Shown piece after piece: positions 1 to 15,723 of a stretch of 23,914 bases of DNA (its first letter is position 1; each line of letters begins with the position of its first letter). The translations under genes and the position numbers were made by a program. The notes beneath the pieces are model-generated. The model was not told where the DNA came from. It ran no database searches and saw nothing but the letters and a program-made list of their open reading frames with translations. The DNA comes from Eledone cirrhosa (Eukaryota), in contig CAXHJY010001018.1 in the NCBI GenBank assembly GCA_964016885.1, forward strand, positions 1-23,914. Direction: 5' to 3'.

Positions 1-129
1 GTCTTTATATCCGTGTTTTTGACATCTCGGTTTTATGTTTTGTTCCTTTTTTCTTCTCCCCCCCTTCCCTTTTTTTACTTACTCAGTTTTCATACGTGGG
101 CATGCAAACAGGTTTATATGCGTGAGTAT

Positions 130-233
<104 letters not shown>

Positions 234-790
234 ACGTATCGACCGTATGGAAGTGTAAGTGCGCGTGTCTATATAAGCATAATTATTTTTACATTTCTTT
301 TGTGAGACACGCGTGTCTGTGTATGTATGTACCCCCCTTTTTTTTGTTTTCTTTAATTTTTTCTTTCTAATATCTTTTCTTTCTAATTTATCGTTATTAT
401 ATTTTTATAAATATATCGAGACTGATACTTTTCTTTTAATTATTACACTCCCTTACCTCCTTTTCTTTCCGCATCTAAGTCTACGAGTGTCCAGGTGTTT
501 TATGCGCGCGCCTTCATATTCATATATTTACGATGTAAACATTTCTGTCTGTATAATACAGACATATAGATACATTTGCCCTAAATTTTAGAATTACGCA
601 CACTTTCTCACTATACATATACATGTGCGCATATACATATATGCACATCTGTGAGCGTATATACATACATATACACACACCTAACTATATTTCTTGATAG
701 ATTTTTATATATTTCAATTTCTATTTCATTTATCTATATCTTTTTTTGATTTTCTTGACGTGTTTTTCTAAGTATTTGCCCATGTTTTAT

Positions 791-868
791 ATTGCCTCGT
801 CTGACGAACGAATGAAGTCGTTTATTTCGTATTCGCCTCATTCGGGAAACCTCGGGTAATGAGGTAAT
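791..868 (+). ncRNA. Type I hammerhead ribozyme motif (family A, copy 1)
   Basis: Stem I ATTGCCTCGT(791-800)/ATGAGGTAAT(859-868), 10 bp with 2 G-U pairs. Core CTGACGA 801-807. Stem II CGAATGA(809-815)/TCATTCG(838-844). GAAA 846-849. Minimal stem III ACC-TCG-GGT. Predicted cleavage GUA^ after 858. The 10.1/11.1 pair is an A-G mismatch. Confidence 0.85.
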
Positions 869-966
869 TACATTGGTATTGATTTTTATACATTAAATTT
901 TGCTCTGATACTTACATAGAGCACTCTTCATTTCTATGACCTTTTCTGTTTCCAACGGAAATTTCA

Positions 967-4185
<3,219 letters not shown>

Positions 4186-4407
4186 GTGAAGGCGTGTGGC
4201 TGAGTGGTTAGAGAATTGGATTCGCAATCGTAAGGTTGTGAGTTCGATTCCTGGACCAGGCGATGCGTTATGTCCTTGAGCAAGACACTTTATTTCACGT
4301 TGCTCCTTCTACCTGGAGTTGCGACCGATAGATAGTATTAGCAATTGGAAAGACCAACGGAAACATTGTTCCCTCGGTCCGATTTGACGAAAGTCGATCG
4401 TTCCTTT
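4186..4407 (+). mobile_element. tRNA-derived SINE with CORE-like central domain
   Basis: A box TGGCTGAGTGG 4197-4207, B box GTTCGATTCC 4242-4251, CCTTGAGCAAGACACTT 4274-4290. A second copy lies at 8055-8335. Confidence 0.88.
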
Positions 4408-7382
<2,975 letters not shown>

Positions 7383-7413
7383 GTTTTAAATCAATATATT
7401 GATATGTTTTGTC

Positions 7414-7484
7414 TGTTTTATCTGATGAAAACACAAATATTATTGCATGATGATGTTTGTTTTTGAAATGCGCATAATAAAATA
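7414..7484 (+). ncRNA. Type I hammerhead ribozyme motif (family B1)
   Basis: Stem I TGTTTTAT(7414-7421)/ATAAAATA(7477-7484). Core CTGATGA 7422-7428. Stem II AAACACAAATATTAT/ATGATGTTTGTTTTT with G-U pairs and 1 mismatch. GAAA 7465-7468. Palindromic stem III ATGCGCAT. Predicted cleavage AUA^ after 7476. Confidence 0.85.
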
Positions 7485-7514
7485 CATGGAACTCCTTTAA
7501 CCATCTTTTGATCT

Positions 7515-7560
<46 letters not shown>

Positions 7561-7564
<4 letters not shown>

Positions 7565-7875
7565 GAAAACGAAAAATCAGTGATGCATTTGAACTCAATT
7601 TATTGTGTTACAATTGTTACAATTGTTTTGCCGGCGGATAGCTTGAGACGCGATCATTGTGTGGATATGTCTGATTCTGGACCCGCAGGTCTGATTTCGG
7701 AACATATTCTCTCTATCGGAGAATATGCTCCGAAATCATTAGACGTATCCGTCGAACCTGCGGGTCCAGAATCATACAGATCCACACAATGATCGCGTCT
7801 CAAGCTATCCGCCGGCAAAACAATTGTAACAATTGTAACACAATAAATTGAGTTCAAATGCATCACTGATTTTTC

Positions 7876-7913
<38 letters not shown>

Positions 7914-7918
7914 CTATT
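7561..7918. repeat. Long near-perfect inverted repeat (fold-back)
   Basis: Arms 7561-7690 and 7756-7918 differ by 2 substitutions plus a poly-T expansion. Inner 20-bp hairpin 7692-7711/7719-7738 with 1 mismatch. Confidence 0.95.
7745..7832 (+). ncRNA. Degenerate hammerhead-like motif with CCGTCGA core (family D)
   Basis: CCGTCGA 7749-7755. Stem II CCTGCGGGT/ATCCGCCGG (8 of 9 pair). AAAA in place of GAAA at 7817-7820. Palindromic ACAATTGT followed by A. AATAAA follows. Stem I is weak. Confidence 0.35.
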
Positions 7919-8001
7919 CTATCATACTCTGCTCTGTAAGAGCATAGAGTGCTCAACCGGCATACCGCCTATGGAAGCATCTTAGCTACCATCAGACACA
8001 C

Positions 8002-8054
<53 letters not shown>

Positions 8055-8057
<3 letters not shown>

Positions 8058-8335
8058 AAGGCGCATAGCTAAGTAGTTAGAGAATTGGATTTGCAATCAT
8101 GGTTTTGTGAGTTTGATTCCAAGACTGGGTGATGCATTATGTCCTTGAGCAAGAGACTATTTCACGTTGCTCCTTCCTGGATTTGCTACCGGTAGATAGC
8201 ATTAGCAAATGGAGGACCAATGGAAACATTGTTTCCTCGGACCGATTTGATGAGCGCCACTCCCCTTGAAACAGCTGTCTGGTACTCTCAATGGCTACTG
8301 AGATACGTGACATGTTAACAGAGCAAAAGAGAGAA
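8055..8335 (+). mobile_element. tRNA-derived SINE, same family as 4186-4407, more decayed
   Basis: Colinear similarity with 4186-4390, degenerate A and B boxes, CCTTGAGCAAG. Confidence 0.85.
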
Positions 8336-8454
8336 AAATAATTTTATTTATTATGAAAATCCTTTTTAGTGAGGCTCTCATGTATATATTATTGTATATA
8401 AACAAATACACTGCCGTTATACTTAAAGTGTACTGCTACTGCCTATATATATAT

Positions 8455-8985
8455 AATTTTTTCTTTCTAAATTATTGTTCCATTTTTATAAATATATCGA
8501 GATTGATACTTTCCTTTAATTATTACACTCCCTTACCTCTTTTACTTCCGCATCTAAGTGTACGCGTGTGTAGGTGTGTTTATGCGCGTGCCTTCATAAT
8601 CTTATGATGTATCTATTCTGTCTGTAGATTACAGATACATTTGCCCTAAATTATATATTTACGCACACTTTTTCACTATACGTATACATATGTGCATACA
8701 CATATATGCACATCTGTGAGCGTATATACATACATATACACACACCTAACCATATTTCTTGAAAGATTTTTATATATTTCATATTCTAATTCATTTGTCT
8801 ATATTTTATATTCTAATTCATTTGTCTATATTTTTTTTGCTTTTCTTGATGAGACTTTCCAAGTATTTACCCATGTTTTATATTGCCTCGTCTGACGAAC
8901 GAATGAAGACGTTTCTTTCGTATTCGCCTCATTCGGGAAACCTCTGGTAATGAGGTAATTATATTGTATTGATTTTTATACATTA
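8455..8985 (+). mobile_element. Family A HHR-bearing repeat, copy 2
   Basis: Aligns with 355-895 and has short (TA)n on both sides. Confidence 0.8.
8882..8959 (+). ncRNA. Type I hammerhead ribozyme motif (family A, copy 2)
   Basis: Same stems and core as 791-868 (CTGACGA 8892-8898, GAAA 8937-8940, GUA^ after 8949). Only 3 substitutions, all outside the core and main stems. Confidence 0.85.
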
Positions 8986-9049
8986 TATATATATATATAT
9001 TGTTTATGTACAGTGTTTATTTAATTTATATATATATATATATATATAT

Positions 9050-10418
9050 CCAGTGGGTGTAACTAGGAGTTACTGCAGGTTCACCCGGGTGAGCACTCGA
9101 TGTTTAGGTTCACTTCTGTGATGTGTAGAGCTATACAGAGTGTAAAATATAGAAAGGATAAAAAGGACGATTGATTATTCCTTCATTGCATTTATTGATA
9201 GGTGACGCGCGTTTCGCCACTGATCAGCTCAAGGTTCGATCTATATCGATCCTACCCGACTCAATAATCGGCAGCTCGACGGACCCTCTTAAAATGCTGT
9301 AAGAAAATGAAATACATGCTATGTGGTAAAGTCAGAGATTCAAGAGTTTGACAAAATGAGTTGTTTTGATTGGTGGGAAGGATCAAGGCGATGTACTGGC
9401 CTGTAGTGTATATGGGGGTGGGTGTGATGGTGAGATGTTGGTGACGGTCGGTGGATGAGGTGGGCTATGGTGTGGTGGTGGCGGGTTGGCCTTGGCGTGT
9501 AGAGTATGTGGGGGTGGATGTGATGATATGGTGGTGGTTATGGTTATTTAGTGGGATGGGCTGTGGTATGAGGTTAGTGGATTGTCAGTAGACGGGTTGG
9601 CGTATGGGTGTGGGTGTGGTAGTGGTGCCGTTGTCTATGGTAGCGGCGTTTGTGGTGGTGTGGTGGATGTATTGGTGGCGTCAAGGTCCTTACATAGATA
9701 CATAGCTAGACGCTCTTGGTCTGACAGATACTATGTATATACTTATACGCACACACATATATGTATATATGTGCACATATATTGTTGTATAAACACACAC
9801 AACACAAAACACACACGCACATCCTTGCCCACACATATCGGCATACGCTCACACACAGCCATATGTATATGTACACACATGTATGTGCATGCGCGCGGAC
9901 ACGAATATGGAGAGTGGGGGAGAATCGGTGGGGGTGGCGAACGACAGAGATGGGGGGGAAGGTGAGAGGCAATGTAGGTGTTTTACATATATACATACAC
10001 ACACATATGGGTATGGGCACATGGACTCACACTCATGTATGCAAAATATACACATACACACTCACACACACGTATACTCATATATATATATACATATATA
10101 TATATACACACACACATGTACAGACAACACACACATACACGCACATATACACGTACATGCACATATATGAGCTCACCTACACATAGTCAGATTCACCCAT
10201 ATACATATATGTAGACGTACACATACACATACATATATACACACACATACACATACAGATATACACATACACACACACAGATATATGTATACACATGTGT
10301 TCACATACACACACACACACATACATATAAATATGCGTACACGCACGCACACTAAACGCCCGTATGTGTAAAAATACCTACACACAGACACACTATTGTT
10401 TGGTTGGGGAGTGGAGGT
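9050..10418 (-). mobile_element. Microsatellite-rich non-coding element (family C) with HHR-like 3' module, probable non-autonomous PLE
   Basis: 9147-9513 is the reverse complement of 18141-18506. It is bounded by (TA)n on both sides and has degenerate CA/TA-rich internal tracts. The full extent is inferred. Confidence 0.6.
9200..9286 (-). ncRNA. Hammerhead-like motif with variant core CCGTCGA (family C, copy 1)
   Basis: On the minus strand: GGGT-CCGTCGA-GCTGCCGATTA...TGATCAGTGGC-GAAA-CGCGCG-TC^ACCT-ATC-AATAAA. Stem II pairs 10 of 11, stem III is the palindrome ACGCGCGT, the triplet is GUC, and stem I is only 4 bp. Confidence 0.6.
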
Positions 10419-10483
10419 ATATATATATATATATATATATATACGATATTAACAAATGGAAACTATATTTATAAAACCATATC

Positions 10484-10548
10484 TATTTTATTATACATAT
10501 TTCAAGGATACCATGTTAAATTATGGTATACTTTCATCAGATAAAATA
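10484..10548 (-). ncRNA. Type I hammerhead ribozyme motif (family B2, inverted copy)
   Basis: On the minus strand: TATTTTAT-CTGATGA-AAGTATACCAT...ATGGTATCCTT-GAAA-TATGTA-TA^ATAAAATA, with a perfect 8-bp stem I. Confidence 0.87.
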
Positions 10549-10794
10549 CAATATATACCAGTTTTATAAATAAATATTGACATACCCTTACAAAATGCAA
10601 CCGTTAGTTTTGGAAGACTTCTGGATAGTGGAGTTGATACTTATATTAGTAAGTCGTTGTGTTACAGAGAAGGAAAAAGACGGAGAGAGAGAAAAAAGAC
10701 GTCTTTTTCCTTCTCTGTAACATTTTGTAAGGGTATGTCAATATTTATTTTGTAAGGGTATGTCAATATTTATTTATAAAACTGGTATATATTG

Positions 10795-10859
10795 TATTTT
10801 GTCTGATGAAAGCATACCATAATTTAACTTGGTGTCCTTGAAATATGTATAATGAAATA
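10795..10859 (+). ncRNA. Type I hammerhead ribozyme motif (family B2)
   Basis: TATTTTGT-CTGATGA(10803-10809)-AAGCATACCA...TGGTGTCCTT-GAAA(10840-10843)-TATGTA-TA^ATGAAATA. Stem I is kept through G-U pairs. Confidence 0.85.
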
Positions 10860-11068
10860 AATATGGTTTTATAAATATAGTTTCCATTTGTTAATATCGT
10901 ATGTTTACTCCAAATACTTGTTGAGTGCTTTATATCAGTTATAAAAATATTTGCTTGTTGTATCCCAACAATTTAAATAGAACTTTTGCATATATATATA
11001 TATATATATATAAATTTATATATGTATATAAATTTATATATGTATATAAATTTATATATGTATGAACA

Positions 11069-11125
11069 CAGTCCCACCCTTGCAAGCAGGGAAAAGCGAA
11101 CATAAAATGATGATGATGATGATGA
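11069..11125 (+). mobile_element. Retroposon 3' tail fragment ending in (TGA)n
   Basis: CCCTTGCAAGCAGGGAAAAGCGAACATAAAA(TGA)n. Related fragments at about 12763-12792 (+), 15128-15175 (-) and 18665-18750 (+). Confidence 0.6.
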
Positions 11126-11171
11126 TATGTGTGTGAGTGTGTGTATGCATATAAATATTTATATATGTATG

Positions 11172-11232
<61 letters not shown>

Positions 11233-11714
11233 CCCTCTCAAGCGTGACACTAAAAACTATATCATTTGCACTGTTTTTTGTTCTGTTCCTTTATTAAACT
11301 ATATATATATATATATATACATATATATACATAGTGTGTGGGCATGTGAAAGAAAAAATGGAGATAGAGGACTAGATATTGAGGTGAGAGTAAAATAGTG
11401 AATGGGAGAGAGAGAAAAATGTCAGTAACCAAGATAAACAGACTTTATCTCGCTCTCTCTCTTTCATTTTGCCGAGTTTATTTTTAAACGATAATACATT
11501 ATGCAAAAAGGAAAAAAAAAAAAAAAAAAAAAATATATATAAAGGCAGTTTTTATTAATTCTATAAATATATCTAGGATTTGACACACCCATCACACCTC
11601 ACCTATTTCAGATATTTACTGCTTAAATATTAAAATGTTGTTTGATCTGTTTTTCCACCAACAGTTGTAAAGTGTCTCCTCTCTGTGATTCAGACCATAT
11701 CAAACACAAAGTGT

Positions 11715-11823
11715 GTGGTCATGAGTTGAGTTCTACTGCTGCTGGTAGGTACATTTCAACCTTGAGCAAGACATTTTATTTTTATTTCACATTGTTCCAG
11801 TTGGCAAAAATGAGTCATACATG
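11715..11823 (+). mobile_element. Degenerate SINE fragment
   Basis: CCTTGAGCAAGACATTTTATTT..CACATTGTTCCAGTTGGCAAAAATGAGT matches the body of the 16424-16771 SINE. Confidence 0.6.
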
Positions 11824-12845
11824 TACTCGCAGGTCTTGAATAACCCCCTCTCCTCCCTTTGTTAATTTTTCCGATTTTTTCCATCCAGCCCCTGCTCGTA
11901 TTCTAACACCTGCTTATTAATTTTTCAGACTTCCTCCCCCCCGTTCTTCCACCACCTCTCCTGCTTATTAAATTTTGCTAATGTATCTCTGGCAAAATTT
12001 TATTTTAAGTGGTTGGTGATAAAAAGTTTCATTTTGCCATAGAAACCATGCCAAAAAAAAAAGGGTCGAGAGGACCCTTCAGTTGTGTCAAGAACACAAG
12101 CTTCCCAGTGGTGATCTACATGACAATTGCACCCAATTCACTCTGTAAAGTTGATGGGTATCCAGCTGTAAAAAGCCTGCCAAACAAAAGGTCAAGAAGC
12201 GGATTTTTCAGCTGCGTGAAAAATATGCTAACTTCTCTAGTCCTGGTGCCACAATAAAATGTTATTGGTAGAGCGTGGTAATGTCAGTGAGATATGTCGA
12301 CACCCCCACATCCACCATCCCTGGCATGTATGAGTACTCTGTAAAATGCAGGAACTTATGTAAGAAAGATGCAGACAGCCAACTCATCTCTGAGGCCAGT
12401 AACTCCACTTGGTTTGTGATGACTTGTCCAACTTTTGCTAGCAGAGAGACAAATATTGATGATGATGATTCTTGTCTTTTGATTTTTAATCTCATCATAT
12501 AACTATTTGATTAGAAATATAGACACAATCTTGCTATGAATCAGGGGACTAATATTCTTTTTAGAATAGCCGAATAATTTTCATTTACAGGAAACAGCTT
12601 TTAGACTCATTCTCTCTTATATACACCAGGTCCGAACACTAAAGGACTAAACTCTCACTGCCGCTGTCTCTCTCACTCTCCCTATCTCTCAATATTTTGT
12701 GGTGGTGGTTGTGGGGGCTCTGTTTGTAGCAGGGTTTCCTATGAAAAATTATTTTAAATAAAACCCATGCCAGCATAGAAAAATGGATGTAACATGGATT
12801 GACAGAATTGTTAGAGCATCAGATGTAAATAACTTGTATTATTTC

Positions 12846-13010
12846 GGCAGAGCATCAGACACTATGCTTTGCAGCATAGTTATTGCCCTTTACGTTCTGA
12901 GTTCAAATCCCGCCAAGGTTAACTTTGCCTTTCATCCTTATGGGGTCGATAAAATAAAGTACCAGTAATGCACTGGTGTAATTGCTGGCCTTGTACCAAA
13001 AGTAGAAACA
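12846..13010 (+). mobile_element. SINE of a second family
   Basis: B box GAGTTCAAATCCC followed by ACTTTGCCTTTCATCCTTATGGGGTCGATAAAATAAAGTACCAGT, which I recognise as a common SINE central domain. Confidence 0.7.
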
Positions 13011-13268
13011 ATTATTTCTTTTACCTATTTGGGTTTTGTGTTTACCTGTAATATTACTGGTACCAAGCTAATTCTGTCATCTTTCTCTTGGACAATATCA
13101 ATGACATAGAGAGGGGAGGTTTACATGTATGGGTTATTACTGGTTTTTCTCACCAAAGAGCTTACCCAGACATGCACCATGGTGAGGATATTTCCAGGTA
13201 TAGATTCATCATCCCAGGAGACTTATAGAGGGCTCTTGTCAGGATTACATTGTTGAATATCCAACAGA

Positions 13269-13590
13269 AACATGTAGCATCTTATATATATCTTGTGCAT
13301 GTGTTAACAATTCTAAACCTATAGCTACTTACTACAGATATCTATTCTAACATGTAGCATCTGATATATCTTGTGGATGAGTTAACAATTCTAAGCCTAT
13401 AGCTACTACACATATCTATTCTAACATATAGCATCTGACACATCTTGTGTAAAGCTATTACACATTTTTATTCTAACATGTAGCATCTTATATATCTTGT
13501 GGATGAGTTAACAATTCCAAGTCTATAGCTACTATACATATCTATTCCAACAGAAAGTCATTGTTTATTGGATAACATGTTAGCTATAGT
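13269..13590. repeat. Degenerate tandem repeat, about 74-bp unit, 4-5 copies
   Basis: AACATGTAGCATCT...ATCTTGTG..GTTAACAATTC..CTATAGCTAC recurs at 13269, 13349, 13423 and 13475. Confidence 0.85.
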
Positions 13591-13596
13591 ACAATT

Positions 13597-14142
13597 ACAC
13601 CTGGATTTCTCCATTGCTGCCTTATCACACCTGGATTGGTTCATATTCTGCTAGATTACACCTGGATTGCTCTTTTATTGGTTTATCACACCTGGATTGA
13701 TATATATTGTTAGAACACACCTGGAATGCCCTGTTGTTGGTGTTTCACACTTGGATTGCCCTGTTGTTGGTGTTTCACACCTGGATTGCCCTGTAGCTGT
13801 TTTAACACACCTGCATTGCCCTGTAGCTGTTTTAACACACCTGGATTGCCCTGTAGCTGTTTTAACACACCTGGATTCACCTGTAGCTGTTTTAACACAC
13901 CTGGATTCGCCTGTAGCTGTTATAACACACCTGGATTTCTCTGTAGCTGTTATAACACACCTGGATTGTCCTGTTGTTGCTTTATCACACCTGGATTGCC
14001 CTGTAGCTGTTATGACACACCTGGATTGTCCTGTTATTGCTTTATCACACCTGGACGCCCTGTAGCTGTTATAACACACCTGGATTGCCCTTTTGTTGCT
14101 TTATCACACCTAGATTTCCCTGTTGTATTTCACACCTGGATT
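13597..14142. repeat. 30-bp minisatellite, about 18-19 copies
   Basis: Unit ACACACCTGGATTGCCCTGTAGCTGTTTTA with 30-nt periodicity. It produces the repetitive THLDCPVAVL ORFs. Confidence 0.96.
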
Positions 14143-14265
14143 GCTATGTATATATTGTATCCTAATATTAACTATCCAGTCTACTTAACCTTACTTCAAT
14201 TAATAACTATTGATTTACTACTTTGTTCTAAAGGATTATTTGTAATTTTGTGTAGCTCTGATTTA

Positions 14266-14717
14266 TGAGTGTGTGTGTGTGCCTGTGTGTCAGTGTCTGT
14301 CTGTCCGCGTGTGTGTGTGCCTGTGTGTCAGTGTATCTGTCCGCGTGTGTGTGTGTCAGTGTGTCTGTGTGTGTGTGCCTGTGTCAGTGTGTCTGTCTGT
14401 CTGCCTGTGTGTCAGTGTGTCTGTCTGTTTCTGTGTGTGTGCCTGTGTGTCAGTGTGTGTCTGTTTCTCTGTGTGTGTGCCTGTGTCAGTGTGTCTGTCT
14501 GTTTCTGTGTGTGTGCCTGTGTGTCAGTGTGTGTCTGTTTCTCTGTGTGTGTGCCTGTGTGTCAGTGTGTGTCTGTTTCTGTGTGTGTGCCTGTGTGTCA
14601 GTGTGTGTCTGTTTCTCTGTGTGTGTGTGCCTGTGTGTCAGTGTGTATGCCTGCCTCTGTGTGTGTGTATGTGTCTCTCTCTGTCTCTGTCTGTCTCTCT
14701 CTCTCTCTCTGTCTCTG

Positions 14718-14752
<35 letters not shown>

Positions 14753-14787
14753 GTCTCTGTGCGTGTGTCTGTTTGTGTGTGTGTGTT
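14266..14787. repeat. Compound GT/CT-rich satellite
   Basis: Recurring GTGTGTGCCTGTGTGTCAGTGTGTGTCTGTTTCT units grading into (CT)n. Confidence 0.92.
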
Positions 14788-15378
14788 ATTTTACTGAGAG
14801 ATAATCAGACCATTACATGTGAATGGCTTGATAACAAACCTAAACCCTTAACCACCACCACCAACAACAACAACACCACCACCATCACATCTACAATACT
14901 TTCTCTGTCCTTAGATAATCTTCTTATCCCTATAGATTTAGTGAACCACAGTAGTGGAGTGGTTAAGGTATTTGATAACTGATATCCCAAAATAGAGATC
15001 AAATTCCACCAGAATCATTGTATTTGGTTCTGAGATAAAAATCGTTGTTCTACTTGTTTCAGTACTTGAAATATGGCAACTTGTTCCATTTTCAATTGTA
15101 TAGAAGAGCAGTTCTTCCTTTTTTTTTATCATCATCATTTAACACCTGCTTTCCTTGCTAGCGGGGGTTGGACAGATCTTCACAGATCTAGTTAGTATTT
15201 AACGAGAGATATTGACTTCTCACATAGACCAGGAGCCTGAATCTTGCTTATATACAATCCAGTGCTTTACTGAGGGCATTTTATCATGACAACACTGGGG
15301 AGGTTACTGTGTCTTTGACACAGCTGAAGAGTCCTCACAATCCTTCAGCTGTGTCAAAGGTATCACAACTTCCCTAGT

Positions 15379-15723
15379 CTTCTTCTTCTTTTTCTTCTTT
15401 TTCTTCTTTTTCTTCTTTTTCTTCTTTTTCTTCTTTTTTTTCTTCTTTTTCTTCTTTTTCTTCTTTTTCTTCTTTTTCTTCTTTTTCTTCTTTTTTCCTT
15501 TTTCTTTTTCTTCTTCTTCTTCTTCTTCTTCACCACTCATTTATTCCTGAGAGGGTAATGGGGACAGAGTTCTGAAATGCTTCTTTCAGCGGGTCCTGTC
15601 AGATCCCCAAGCAAAACCAGCCAAGCTCATGGATATTATCCAACCATCTTGCTCAGGGTCTACCCCTGGGTCTCTTACCTGTTGGTTTTGCCTGTAAAAT
15701 CTGTCCAGCAATTCTTTCCTGAG
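15379..15723 (-). mobile_element. 5'-truncated RTE-clade LINE 3' end with expanded GAA-type tail and 11-bp TSD
   Basis: Minus-strand translation SQERIAGQILQAKPTGKRPRGRP*ARWLDNIHELGW matches the RTE C-terminal GKRPRGRPxxRW motif. Tail at 15379-15531. ACTTCCCTAGT is duplicated at 15368-15378 and 15724-15734. Confidence 0.88.

Larger units (their letters stand above)
10441..10902. repeat. Long inverted repeat with an HHR in each arm
   Basis: 10441-10597 is the reverse complement of about 10721-10902, and the right arm has a 25-bp tandem duplication. Inner perfect 22-bp hairpin 10661-10682/10700-10721. Confidence 0.93.

Noticed and set aside
4191-4262. tRNA gene
   Set aside because: A and B boxes are present but there is no convincing acceptor stem, and it runs into a SINE body with several decayed copies nearby.
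7508-7956. Two ORFs sharing NEKSVMHLNSIYCVTIVTIVLPADSLRRDHCVD
   Set aside because: A trivial consequence of the palindrome; no recognisable protein.
9212-9230. Alternative family C core CTGATCA-GTGGC-GAAA on the minus strand
   Set aside because: G8 is missing, there is no usable stem II or stem I, and copy 2 reads CTAATCA. The upstream CCGTCGA register pairs much better.
13040-13265. Possible minus-strand exon ending at a GTAAG donor (about 13165)
   Set aside because: No clear acceptor or recognisable peptide; cannot be supported without RNA data.
13597-14142. CRISPR-like array
   Set aside because: The apparent spacers are homologous to each other, the context is eukaryotic and there are no cas genes.
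13667-14268. Cys/His-rich repetitive ORFs (THLDCPVAVL; PCSCFNTPGL) resembling metallothionein or keratin-associated proteins
   Set aside because: They are open in several frames on both strands because the unit is 30 bp. There is no codon-position bias or gene structure.
15324-15330. CTGAAGA hammerhead core match (also at about 16737)
   Set aside because: No stem II, GAAA and stem III arrangement follows.
15304-15540. Poly-Lys/Glu ORF
   Set aside because: It is a translation of the expanded RTE tail.
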